41,823 nt of DNA, from assembly GCA_016934855.1 (NCBI GenBank), contig JAFGSA010000066.1, forward strand, positions 1 to 41,823, given 5' to 3'. Positions 16,331-25,098 of the stretch are shown in pieces. Numbering within the stretch: position 1 is the stretch's first letter; every line of letters begins with the position of its first letter. The DNA comes from Elusimicrobiota bacterium (GTDB taxonomy: Bacteria > CG03 > SLGR01 > JAFGSA01). The notes under the pieces were generated by a model. That model saw nothing but the letters and a program-made list of their open reading frames with translations, had not been told where the DNA came from and searched no databases. The translations under genes were made by a program, and so were the position numbers.

Positions 16331-17827
16331 ATGAAAACAAGGTTACTTCTGGCAGGGGCAATATGTTCTTTTCTGATCTTGCTCTCCGGCACAACGGCAA
16401 ATGCGGCAACCTGGTACCCGCTAACGACAAACGGTTTCGGTGATGAATACAATGAGACTGTGTACCCGGGCGGGGTATTCAACGATATGATATTCATAGG
16501 GACAAACCATCCGTACGGAGGCGAAATCTGGTATTCCTCGGAAGGTTCCAGTTTCAGCCTTTCTACGGAAGGCGGTATGGGAGATTCGGCCAACATGACA
16601 GTGCAGGTGATGCCGGAAGCCCCCTGGGGGGATCTGTTCGCCCACACCTATAACAACAACGGCGCGGAGATATGGAAGAGTGAAACGGGCCTGCCGGGCT
16701 CGTGGACCCAGGTGCAGGTGAACGGGAGCAGCTACAACGGTCTCGACGGAGGCACTGACAATGTCGCGCTGTGGGGATGGTCTAACGATGACGGCACCGT
16801 ATTCATGGGCACCGAGAACAACGGTACGAACGGATGCGAAGTGTGGTATACTCCGGACGGCATAAACTGGACGAGGAATGCCACTGGCAGCGTTGATTTC
16901 GGATGCAATTCTCACACTATCGCAATACCCGGCCCCGTATTCGGCACCCGTATTTTCTGCGGTACTTTCAGATCATATAACTACGGTTCCAGTCTTTTCT
17001 GCAGGGACGAACTTGTCGGCGCTACTGTTTATTCAAGCGACTGGACCACCAAGGATACCGGCGGTTTCGGGGATACCAATAACGACCAGGTCATCCTGTC
17101 CCCTCAGAGTTTCGGCGATCAGCTTTACGCGGGAACCATGAACGATGATACGGGCTGCGAAATATGGCGGACTGAGGACGGGGAAACATGGGAACAGGTA
17201 AACGAGGACGGATTCGGAGACCCCAATAACTGGGAGATAACATCGTTCTGCATACCCGGTGACGGATACATATATGCCGCGACGAGCAACAGCAGCACCG
17301 GCGGCGAGATATGGCGTTCTGAGGACGGGGAGACCTGGGAAAAAGTGGAAGGTACTGAAGGCGGTTTCGGAGACGCGCATAACACGTCCGTATATCTTTC
17401 CATGGGGACATATAACGATCATATGTACGCCGGCACCCATAACTATAACGGCGGGGGGCATCTATATATGATGTCCATTGAGGGAGAACCCCCGGTAGAT
17501 CCGAATACAAAGGCCGAGGGTCAGGATGAAGAAATACAGGCGACAAAAGCCGGCGAAATAGTCGTCGTAGGGTCGACAGAGCGCGAAGGCGTTATTAATC
17601 CTGACAAGGGTGATCCTATAGTAGTTGATTTCAGGGGCAAGAAACCCGGTAAATATACCCTGAGAATATTCACGATGCTCGGCGAACTCGTATATGACGA
17701 GACAAAGAGCTCGATAAGCGGCGGAAGATTTTCCTGGATACCCAAGAACCTGGCTTCAGGTATATACATAGCGCACGTAGAGGGTCCCGGATTAAACATC
17801 CAGAAGAAAATAGCGATAATTAGATAA
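16331..17827 (+). CDS. Secreted beta-propeller-repeat protein (BNR / ELWxxDGT-like repeats G.EIW.S.DGETW) with a C-terminal T9SS-type or FlgD-Ig-like sorting domain
   Basis: Signal peptide ending ANA-AT. At least 6 repeats (GGEIWYSSEG, GAEIWKSETG, GCEVWYTPDG, GCEIWRTEDGETW, GGEIWRSEDGETW). C-terminal ~80 aa reads GKYTLRIF...SGIYIAHVEG...KKIAIIR. Confidence 0.65.
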   Translation: MKTRLLLAGAICSFLILLSGTTANAATWYPLTTNGFGDEYNETVYPGGVFNDMIFIGTNHPYGGEIWYSSEGSSFSLSTEGGMGDSANMTVQVMPEAPWGDLFAHTYNNNGAEIWKSETGLPGSWTQVQVNGSSYNGLDGGTDNVALWGWSNDDGTVFMGTENNGTNGCEVWYTPDGINWTRNATGSVDFGCNSHTIAIPGPVFGTRIFCGTFRSYNYGSSLFCRDELVGATVYSSDWTTKDTGGFGDTNNDQVILSPQSFGDQLYAGTMNDDTGCEIWRTEDGETWEQVNEDGFGDPNNWEITSFCIPGDGYIYAATSNSSTGGEIWRSEDGETWEKVEGTEGGFGDAHNTSVYLSMGTYNDHMYAGTHNYNGGGHLYMMSIEGEPPVDPNTKAEGQDEEIQATKAGEIVVVGSTEREGVINPDKGDPIVVDFRGKKPGKYTLRIFTMLGELVYDETKSSISGGRFSWIPKNLASGIYIAHVEGPGLNIQKKIAIIR

Positions 17828-17855
17828 AAGCAGCAAACAATACAGGAGGATGTGA

Positions 17856-18779
17856 ATGCTTAAAAAATATTTGTTAACTTTGGTTGTCCTGATTACTTCG
17901 ACTGGGGTGTGTTTTTCCGGCAAGGTTGGAAAGACAGGCTGGTCCGTATTCAGGAAGGCGCGGTCAGCGAAATTCAAGCCGATAACGGTAACGCCCGTAA
18001 TGGCGGTCCGAGGAGACCTCTCCGGGGCTTTCTATAATCCCGCGGTGCTCGCGATGAATATACGCAAGGAGATATTCTTCCTTTCCGAGCTCGGGATTAC
18101 CGATGATATGTTCGGAGGAGTAGTCTACGGACACCCGCTTAAGGATTCTGCCATAGCCGGCGGAATAATATATTACGATGCGGGAGAAATAGAGCTCAAC
18201 TGGCTTGATAGAGACGGGGATCTGCAGTCAGAGGAGGTCTCTGCCCAGAAGGACGTGCTCGGGCTTGTGTCCTACGGGCGCAAAGTAAGAGATAACATAT
18301 GTCTCGGCGGTACCGTAAAATTCGCGACCAGTAAACTCGTCGAAAGAGAATCGGCGAATGCCTATGCCTTCGACGTGGGCGCGCTGTACCTCCCGAAAAA
18401 ATACGAGAATTTGAGCCTTACCGGTTCACTCCAGAACCTGGGTATGTCTACAAAGTTCGTCGATAAAGCCAACCCGCTGCCCGTATCGGCATTTGTCGGG
18501 GCGGGGTACTGGTATGACCTGAGCAACGACTATTACCTGACGCCGGGATTCGATTTTACTTATCTCGTCGCTGAAGAGAGGGTCGTTCCCGAACTGGGTT
18601 TTGAGCTGGGCAGAGACCCGATGTCTATAAATTTCGGGTACCAGTTCACGTCTGAAGGAGCCTGGCATCTGGGCTTTACGCTCCTTAAGAACGATTACGA
18701 TATAGCGTATGCTTATCTGCCCGGTCTGAGACTGGAATCTACCCACAGGATAAGCGTAGGAGTAAGGTTCGGCAAGTAA
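17856..18779 (+). CDS. Outer-membrane beta-barrel protein, FadL/PorV-like, containing an NPA motif
   Basis: Signal peptide (MLKKYLLTLVVLITSTGVCFS), an N-terminal FYNPAVLA motif (FadL hatch NPA-like), alternating amphipathic strands, and an aromatic-rich C-terminus. Sits next to the CTD cargo gene. Confidence 0.5.
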   Translation: MLKKYLLTLVVLITSTGVCFSGKVGKTGWSVFRKARSAKFKPITVTPVMAVRGDLSGAFYNPAVLAMNIRKEIFFLSELGITDDMFGGVVYGHPLKDSAIAGGIIYYDAGEIELNWLDRDGDLQSEEVSAQKDVLGLVSYGRKVRDNICLGGTVKFATSKLVERESANAYAFDVGALYLPKKYENLSLTGSLQNLGMSTKFVDKANPLPVSAFVGAGYWYDLSNDYYLTPGFDFTYLVAEERVVPELGFELGRDPMSINFGYQFTSEGAWHLGFTLLKNDYDIAYAYLPGLRLESTHRISVGVRFGK

Positions 18780-18809
18780 TACTGACTGAAGACATATAAG
18801 AAAATAACC

Positions 18810-18859
18810 GGCGGTTAGTATCCGGACAAACCGGATGCTAACCGCCTTTCCTTTTAAAA
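18810..18859 (+). terminator. Rho-independent terminator after the outer-membrane protein gene
   Basis: A 16-bp stem (ggcggttagtatccgg / ccggatgctaaccgcc, one mismatch) with loop acaaa, followed by tttccttttaaaa. Confidence 0.7.
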
Positions 18860-18913
18860 CAGCCTTAAAATAATGCCGAGAGCATCCCGGGGTATTCCGG
18901 CGCGAGAGATGTT

Positions 18914-21073
18914 CTACTTTGTTTTCAGTTCCCAGACCCCGTTCCAGTCGTCGGCAGGCGGTTCGGATTTATACTTTTTGCATCTTGAGAGATAGGTGAC
19001 GGAAGGCCCGTCTTCTGGCAGGATTTTTAACGCTTCTTCGAAAAGCCTTATGCCTTCGTCCCATTTGCGGGTCTTGTAGCATTTCAATCCTTCACTGTAA
19101 AGGGCAAGGACTTTTTCCTTGTCGGGAGAAAGGCTGCCTTTTACGGCCATAACTTCATATACGTGAACGGGTTTCTTCTTGCCTTTCACCCGCAGAGCGT
19201 CAAGCTCCCGGAATTCGATATCGTTTTCCACCTGGGCCTTAGTGAACTCGCTCATCATTATACAGGTGCCGTATTCCTTGTTGGCAGATTCCAGCCGGGC
19301 GCCCAGGTTTACCGAATCTCCCATGACAGTGTAGTCCATCCTCGTCTTCGATCCCATGTTCCCGACTATCATCGGCCCGGTGTTTATCCCGATGCGCATG
19401 CTCAGCGGGGGACGGCCTTCTTCTTTCCATTTTACCTGCAACTGCCCGAGCTTTTTCTGGCAGTCCAGGGAAGCTTTGCAGCATCTCAGCGCGTGGTCAT
19501 GCTGGTCCACCGGAGCGTTCCAGAACGCCATTATGGCGTCGCCCTCATACTTGTCCAGCGTACCTTCGTAATCGAATATTATATGCGTCATGGCTTCCAG
19601 GTATTCGTTTATGAGATGGACAAGGTCTTCCGGCTCGAGCGATTCGGATATAGTAGTGAAGCCCGAAAGGTCAGAGAAATACACGGTCATCTCCCTGCGT
19701 TCGCCGCCGAGAGTCAGGGAAGAAGGGTCTTTCAGTATCTTGGTGACTACCGACGGCGTTATATACGTGGAGAACACGTTCTTTATCCATTTTTTCTCCT
19801 TCTCTTCGGTGGCGTACTTATAGAAGACCAGGAACAGGTCTGTGAGGAATATGACCATGAGGGGGTAGACTATTATGATGCTCAGGCCGTGCTTAATAAA
19901 CAGATAATAATTGACGACAAGGTATAGTATGAAGATCATGAATGTATAGATTATGCTCCTGACGGGAGTGAGCCTCGGCAGAAGAAAACCCATGAAGATC
20001 CCCAGGAATATCAATAAAAGGATATTCTGGGACCTTGTAGTGTGGCTGATGAAGCTGCCTGTCAGGATGTTGTCGAATACTGTGGCGTGAACTCCCACGA
20101 TGGGATCCACGTTTGAGAAAGGAGTGGGCCCGACATCAAAAGACCCTGTGGCTGCCATGCCTATAAAGACGACCTTATCCTTGAAATCCACAAGGTCTAT
20201 GACGGGTTTATCCCCTCTTTTTAACTGCTCGTATGCCTGTATAATATCGGAGTATGAATGACTCCTGAAGGACTGTATGGAGCCGCTGTAATTAGCGGTG
20301 ATCTGTATATAATCGTTGACCGGTATCTTTATCGGTTTCCTGGTCTGCCCGGGGAAATTGATTATTACATATTTTTCCGGGATCACTTCTATGTCTTCAA
20401 GCCGCGCGCCCAGGTAATCGCAGGCCATTTTGAACGAGATAAGCGGGTATATCCTGTGCATGTACCATATGAACAGTAGAGCTCTCCTGTAAACACCGTC
20501 TTCGTCGGGGGCGCCGTTCACAAAACCGGATCCTTTTACCACGCCGAGTATGCCTCCGAACGGCAGGGTGACATCGTAACATTCGAAATAGGTATCCGGG
20601 TCTTCGTTGGGAATACCGAAGCTGTGAAAGAGCGGATTGAGCGACTGCGGTTTTTCCGTCGCCATGGGGAAGTAAAAGGGGAAATATACGTTCCCGGCTC
20701 TCCGGGCGGAATCTATGAGTTTCTTGTCGTCCTGGGGGAACAGGTTATCGGGTTCGGGAAAAAGGACATCGAAAAATACCGCGTATGCGCCGTATTCGGA
20801 AAGTATGTCTATCAGCTTTGCATGTATATTCCTTCTCCAGGGCCATTTCCCGAATGCGCCGAGGCTCGCGTCGTCTATAGCGACGATCCTGATAGGTGAC
20901 TCCGCTTCCTTCTGCCCCCTGAACTTGAACCTGAGGTCATACAGGTTGAGTTCGACTCTTTCCAGTATATTATACTGGTAGAATATTATCAGCAAAACGG
21001 TTACAAGAAGGCTGATTATCACGCCGGGCAGAAACCTGCGGAGCGTATCGTGAGTCTTTTTCATGATTTGCAA
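18914..21073 (-). CDS. CHASE2-domain membrane adenylate/guanylate cyclase with a C-terminal TPR-like tail
   Basis: N-terminal CHASE2 (IVAIDDASLG..WPWRR), transmembrane helices, a class III cyclase domain (FSDLSGFT...GDAIMAFW...GINTGPMIVGNMGS), and a TPR-like C-terminus. Confidence 0.85.
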   Translation of the reverse strand: MQIMKKTHDTLRRFLPGVIISLLVTVLLIIFYQYNILERVELNLYDLRFKFRGQKEAESPIRIVAIDDASLGAFGKWPWRRNIHAKLIDILSEYGAYAVFFDVLFPEPDNLFPQDDKKLIDSARRAGNVYFPFYFPMATEKPQSLNPLFHSFGIPNEDPDTYFECYDVTLPFGGILGVVKGSGFVNGAPDEDGVYRRALLFIWYMHRIYPLISFKMACDYLGARLEDIEVIPEKYVIINFPGQTRKPIKIPVNDYIQITANYSGSIQSFRSHSYSDIIQAYEQLKRGDKPVIDLVDFKDKVVFIGMAATGSFDVGPTPFSNVDPIVGVHATVFDNILTGSFISHTTRSQNILLLIFLGIFMGFLLPRLTPVRSIIYTFMIFILYLVVNYYLFIKHGLSIIIVYPLMVIFLTDLFLVFYKYATEEKEKKWIKNVFSTYITPSVVTKILKDPSSLTLGGERREMTVYFSDLSGFTTISESLEPEDLVHLINEYLEAMTHIIFDYEGTLDKYEGDAIMAFWNAPVDQHDHALRCCKASLDCQKKLGQLQVKWKEEGRPPLSMRIGINTGPMIVGNMGSKTRMDYTVMGDSVNLGARLESANKEYGTCIMMSEFTKAQVENDIEFRELDALRVKGKKKPVHVYEVMAVKGSLSPDKEKVLALYSEGLKCYKTRKWDEGIRLFEEALKILPEDGPSVTYLSRCKKYKSEPPADDWNGVWELKTK

Positions 21074-21174
21074 TTATACATTACGCGTGTCTAAAAGGCA
21101 ATTTCGGGCAGCCTTTGCCAGGTTGATTTTGAAGAATTAAACTTATAGAATAAAAGCAAAATTATCTGCGTAAT

Positions 21175-22185
21175 ATGGAACATAAAAAAATAATTGTTAC
21201 GGGGGGATGCGGGTTTCTCGGCCAGCACCTGGTCAGGTGTATTGCGGAATTGTCCGGGGACATCGCCGTAGAAGTGCTCGACCTGAAGAGCGACCAAGGC
21301 GGGCCTGCCGATTGCGGCGGGTTTGCTAATATAACCGTATCGGTCGGAACGGATATCTGTGATTATGAATCCGTCAAGAGAAGATTCGCGGGTGCCGATA
21401 CCGTAATACATCTGGCAGGTCTCGTATCCTTTTCACTCAGAGCGAGAGAGGATCTTGAAAGGGTAAACGTGGCCGGAACAAGGAATGTCCTCGGGGCGGC
21501 GTATGAAAATAATGTGAAAAATTTTATCCACGTGAGTTCGGTAGCGGCGCTTGGTTATACCGATGACAGGGAACTTCCCGCAGACGAGGACTTCATCTTC
21601 GACTGGGATATAGCGCGCAGGAGAAACAAGTTTTATATGCTCACCAAGCATATGGCGGACGAAGCAGTAAAAGAATACAAGGAAAAGGGCATGAACTGCG
21701 TGATAGTCTACCCCGGACTCATGTTCGGGCCCGGGGACGTCACAAACTCGAAAAAGCTTATCTCGGCTATCAGGGCGTCCCGGATACCTTTCAATATGCC
21801 GGGGGGAACCAATATAGTGGACGTGCGGGACGTGGCGCGAGGGATAGCGGAGATATTGAAAAGAGATGTAAGAAACGGAGATTTTCTTCTGCCGGGGCAT
21901 AACCTCGAATTTGCCCGTATAAACAGTGTCATCGCCGAAGAGCTTTCGGTGAGACCTCCCGGGATCACGTTGCCGCGGGCGCTGAACGGGCTCATGTACG
22001 GACTGCTGCTTCTGGTAGAGATGATATCAGCCAAAAGTCCGGAACTCACTGCGGATAACGTCGATTCCGCATTCAAATTCAGGTATTTCAGCGGTGAAAA
22101 AGCCGAAAGGGAACTCGGGTGGCGGCCTGAATACGGGTTCCGGCAGACAATAAATGACACAATAAGATGGATGGACGGAAAATGA
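21175..22185 (+). CDS. NAD-dependent epimerase/dehydratase (3-beta-HSD family)
   Basis: IIVTGGCGFLGQHLV Rossmann motif and a YxxxK (YMLTK) motif. Confidence 0.8.
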   Translation: MEHKKIIVTGGCGFLGQHLVRCIAELSGDIAVEVLDLKSDQGGPADCGGFANITVSVGTDICDYESVKRRFAGADTVIHLAGLVSFSLRAREDLERVNVAGTRNVLGAAYENNVKNFIHVSSVAALGYTDDRELPADEDFIFDWDIARRRNKFYMLTKHMADEAVKEYKEKGMNCVIVYPGLMFGPGDVTNSKKLISAIRASRIPFNMPGGTNIVDVRDVARGIAEILKRDVRNGDFLLPGHNLEFARINSVIAEELSVRPPGITLPRALNGLMYGLLLLVEMISAKSPELTADNVDSAFKFRYFSGEKAERELGWRPEYGFRQTINDTIRWMDGK

Positions 22186-22961
22186 GCAGTTTGGAAGGTA
22201 AGGTAGTAATAATAACCGGCGCTTCCAGCGGTATCGGCCGCTCCGCGGCTTTAAAATTCGCGGAAGAAGGCGCGAAACTGGTCCTGGCCGCGCGCAGAGC
22301 CGGGAGGCTTGAGGAAATACGACAGCAAATTGCCGCATATAACGCCGAGTGCATAGCCGTTAAAGCCGACGTGTCGCGCGAAGAAGATGTGCGCAATCTG
22401 TTTGACGAAACAGAAAAGGTATTCGGCGCGCCGGATATACTGGTTAATAATGCGGGGAGGGGACTTAAGGCGGAGATCCGGGACATAGGGCTTGATGAGT
22501 GGATGTCCGTGCTGAACACTAACCTGACAGGAGTATTTCTCTGCACAAGGGAGTTCGTGAGGAGGAAGAAAGACAGCCCGTCAATAAAACGGATAATAAC
22601 GGTATCTTCTATAGCCGGCCTTTTCGGCGCCCCGACTTACGCGGCCTACTGCGCCTCAAAACACGCCGTGACGGGTTTTAACAGGTCTGCCAGATGGGAG
22701 CTTTCCCGAAAGGGGATTAAAGTTACGGTCATACACCCGGCGAGGGTAGATACCGAGTTCTTCGACAGCTATAAAAAAAGGCCCGGCAGGGCCCAGATGC
22801 TCTCTCCGTCTGACATCGCGGAACTTATAACTGCAATAGCATCTGGTTCCGCTGCCAGAGCCGTGCTGGTAAGAGGGCTTAATTTCTTTAAAAGGGTCTA
22901 TTATTTAGCGAGATATACGGTCATACCTCAAGGAGAAAAAAATGAAAAGAACATACCTTAG
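22182..22961 (+). CDS. SDR-family oxidoreductase
   Basis: TGASSGIGRS and YCASKHAV motifs. The ATG at 22182 overlaps the epimerase stop (ATGA); an alternative start is at 22167. Confidence 0.8.
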   Translation: MSSLEGKVVIITGASSGIGRSAALKFAEEGAKLVLAARRAGRLEEIRQQIAAYNAECIAVKADVSREEDVRNLFDETEKVFGAPDILVNNAGRGLKAEIRDIGLDEWMSVLNTNLTGVFLCTREFVRRKKDSPSIKRIITVSSIAGLFGAPTYAAYCASKHAVTGFNRSARWELSRKGIKVTVIHPARVDTEFFDSYKKRPGRAQMLSPSDIAELITAIASGSAARAVLVRGLNFFKRVYYLARYTVIPQGEKNEKNIP

Positions 22962-23412
22962 TAAAGAAGGCTATAAAAAACTCAAGGAAGAACTGAAATA
23001 TTTGAAGGAAGTGAAGAAGCCCGAGATATCCAAAAGGATCGGCGTAGCCAGGGAGCACGGCGATCTGAGGGAAAACGCGGAATACGATACGGCCAAAGAA
23101 GCGCTTGCCCAGGTCATGATAAAGATAAGGGACATCTCCATGAAGCTCAGCACTGCAGAGATAATAGAGAACACGGACATAGCTTCTGATAAAGTCTATA
23201 TAGGGGCATCCGTGCACTTGGTAGACCAGAAGAGCAAAGAAGAGCTCAAGTATATCCTCGTGAGCCCAGATGAAGTCGACGTGCTCGAAGACAAGATATC
23301 GGTAGATTCACCCATAGCCAAGGGGCTGTTGGGCCACAAGGTCGGAGATACGGTAGAGATCAGGATACCTGCGGGTACCGTAAAATACAGGATAACGAAA
23401 ATAGAAAGATAA
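22942..23412 (+). CDS. greA: Transcription elongation factor GreA
   Basis: 157 aa, with N-terminal coiled-coil residues and the GDLRENAEYD motif. Confidence 0.9.
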   Translation: MKRTYLSKEGYKKLKEELKYLKEVKKPEISKRIGVAREHGDLRENAEYDTAKEALAQVMIKIRDISMKLSTAEIIENTDIASDKVYIGASVHLVDQKSKEELKYILVSPDEVDVLEDKISVDSPIAKGLLGHKVGDTVEIRIPAGTVKYRITKIER

Positions 23413-23417
23413 ACGCC

Positions 23418-23780
23418 ATGAACGGAAAAATACTTGTTGTAGATGATGATGCGGCTCTTAACGAGCTTATAAGGGACACCCTGGAGTTCGCAGGTTACGC
23501 TACTGTGCCTGTTTTTGACGGCGACAGGGTTATAGACGCCGCGGTATCGGAGAAACCCGACCTTATCCTCCTGGACCTGACACTGCCGAACGTCAGGGGG
23601 GAAGACCTGTACCGGCGCATCAGGCAGATGCCTGAAATAAGCGGGATACCGGTTCTTCTTATGACGGCCAATATCCCCCGGGAGCTCCTGGAGTCAGGTA
23701 TCAGGAAGGAGGATGTTGTTTCCAAGCCGATAGATTTCAAGGCGCTCAAAGCAAGGATATCGAAGCTTGTTTCCTTGTAA
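23418..23780 (+). CDS. Single-domain response regulator (REC only)
   Basis: ILVVDDD...DLILLDLTLP...K; 120 aa with no output domain. Confidence 0.8.
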   Translation: MNGKILVVDDDAALNELIRDTLEFAGYATVPVFDGDRVIDAAVSEKPDLILLDLTLPNVRGEDLYRRIRQMPEISGIPVLLMTANIPRELLESGIRKEDVVSKPIDFKALKARISKLVSL

Positions 23781-23819
23781 TAAAAAGGCAAATTATATAT
23801 ATTAATATCCAGTATAAGT

Positions 23820-23897
23820 CGGGGTGTGGCTCAGTTTGGCTAGAGCACTCGGTTCGGGACCGAGAGGCCGTCGGTTCAAATCCGACCACCCCGACCA
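23820..23897 (+). tRNA. tRNA-Pro (anticodon CGG), with encoded CCA
   Basis: Acceptor CGGGGTG/CACCCCG, D arm GCTC-AGTTTGGCTA-GAGC, anticodon stem CTCGG/CCGAG with loop TTCGGGA, T arm GTCGG-TTCAAAT-CCGAC. Confidence 0.85.
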
Positions 23898-23928
23898 TGC
23901 TGTCTGATTGAAACGACGGCCAAAAAGG

Positions 23929-23952
23929 TCCGGAAAAAGTTATTTTTCCGGA
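23929..23952 (+). terminator. Perfect 10-bp hairpin (tccggaaaaa-gtta-tttttccgga) downstream of tRNA-Pro(CGG). Probable terminator or processing signal
   Basis: An exact inverted repeat whose 3' arm supplies the U-run. Confidence 0.5.
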
Positions 23953-23958
23953 TATATG

Positions 23959-24086
23959 CGGGGTGACAGCGACCCCGATGTTTTGTTTTGCAGAGCAAGA
24001 ATATCGGGGGAAGCGCAAGAGGGGCGGTCGAGCCCCTATTGGGAGCGGGAGCGACGCCGTGGGTTCAAATCCGACCACCCCTACCA
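23959..24086 (+). repeat. A ~128-nt unit that begins with the tRNA-Pro 5' acceptor heptamer (cggggtg) and ends with a 26-nt copy of the tRNA-Pro(CGG) 3' end (gggttcaaatccgaccacccctacca, one mismatch). It is a degenerate repeat unit, not a functional tRNA
   Basis: 24061-24086 matches 23872-23897 at 25 of 26 positions. The interior has no D or anticodon arms. It contains a diverged U-like segment (gagcgggagcga). Confidence 0.55.
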
Positions 24087-24183
24087 TGAACCACGGGGGG
24101 GCATGGTATGCCAGGTTCATGAGTAAATATATAAAAGAGGATTTGAAAGGAAATCATCGCTCACAGTGTGAGATGAGGCCGTA

Positions 24184-24262
24184 GGCCGGAAGAGGATTTC
24201 CCCGACTTCGAGTGAGCGGGAGGATAGGAAGTGAATGAGAAGAAATCCGACCACCCCGACCA
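24184..24262 (+). repeat. Repeat unit D: U block (~24184-24248) fused to a 20-nt exact copy of the tRNA-Pro(CGG) 3' end (aaatccgaccaccccgacca, 24243-24262)
   Basis: ggccggaagaggatttccccgacttcgagtgagcgggagg aligns to ggccggaaggttatttccccggctccgagagagcaggag of unit B. Its 3' end merges with the T-loop/acceptor copy. Confidence 0.55.
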
Positions 24263-24486
24263 GCCTCCGTTCCGCTTGAGACATACGATCGGAGGCTGTC
24301 GCGACGCATTTTGCGGCTGCAAACGAAATCGGTCATCCGGGAGTGATAAACTACAGCTAGACAGGTCAGGGGGTGATTTTTAAAACTCTGGCCGAAAAGT
24401 CATTGTAAAATATACAAAATATGAACGTTACGGCGGAGAATCCGGTATTAAAGGAAAAGTTTTATATCATATGCTGAACGCTAAAT

Positions 24487-25098
24487 ATGATAATAAATTC
24501 ATCGCAGGCAACCTATTATGATAAATATAATTCAAAAAATCTTGCCGAGAAGCATATAATGCGGAAATTATTAAAGAATATAAAGAAATTTCTTGGACGC
24601 ATCAATCCCAAAAACATTCTGGAAGTTGGATGCGGCGAAGGATTTGTGAGTAAGTATATGTATGATTTTTATTCCGGTCGCGCCGAAGTTCACGGCATAG
24701 ATATTTCAGAAGAGATTATTGGCGATGCGCGGAAAAACTATTCCGATATTAAATTTTCAGTCCAGTCCGCGTATTCATTGGATATCGAAAACAACCATTA
24801 CGATCTTGTAGCGGCATTTGAGACGCAGGAGCAACTGGAAGATCCTGGGAAGGCTCATCGGGAGATGAAAAGGGTATGTAAACGCTGTTTTATCTTTACG
24901 GTTCCGCAAGAACCTGTATGGCGATTATTAAATATATTGCGTTTAAAATATGTCTGTTCACTCGGTAATACGCCTGGACATATACAGCATTGGAACCGGA
25001 AAACCTTTCTGAATATGCTTTCATGTACTATGCGTCCCATAGAGATCATGACACCGATACCTTTTATGCAGGTATTCTGCGAAGGATATTCAAAATGA
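24487..25098 (+). CDS. Class I SAM-dependent methyltransferase
   Basis: Motif I LEVGCGEG. The stop overlaps the GT2 start (ATGA). Confidence 0.75.
   Translation: MIINSSQATYYDKYNSKNLAEKHIMRKLLKNIKKFLGRINPKNILEVGCGEGFVSKYMYDFYSGRAEVHGIDISEEIIGDARKNYSDIKFSVQSAYSLDIENNHYDLVAAFETQEQLEDPGKAHREMKRVCKRCFIFTVPQEPVWRLLNILRLKYVCSLGNTPGHIQHWNRKTFLNMLSCTMRPIEIMTPIPFMQVFCEGYSK

Noticed and set aside
19163-19927. 254-aa ORF on the plus strand
   Set aside because: It is antisense inside the CHASE2 cyclase gene. No support.
23959-24086. tmRNA, or an intron-containing or long-variable-arm tRNA
   Set aside because: 128 nt is far too short for tmRNA or a group I intron. There are no D or anticodon arms. The first acceptor pair is mismatched (C1 opposite T72). 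It reads as a degenerate repeat unit.
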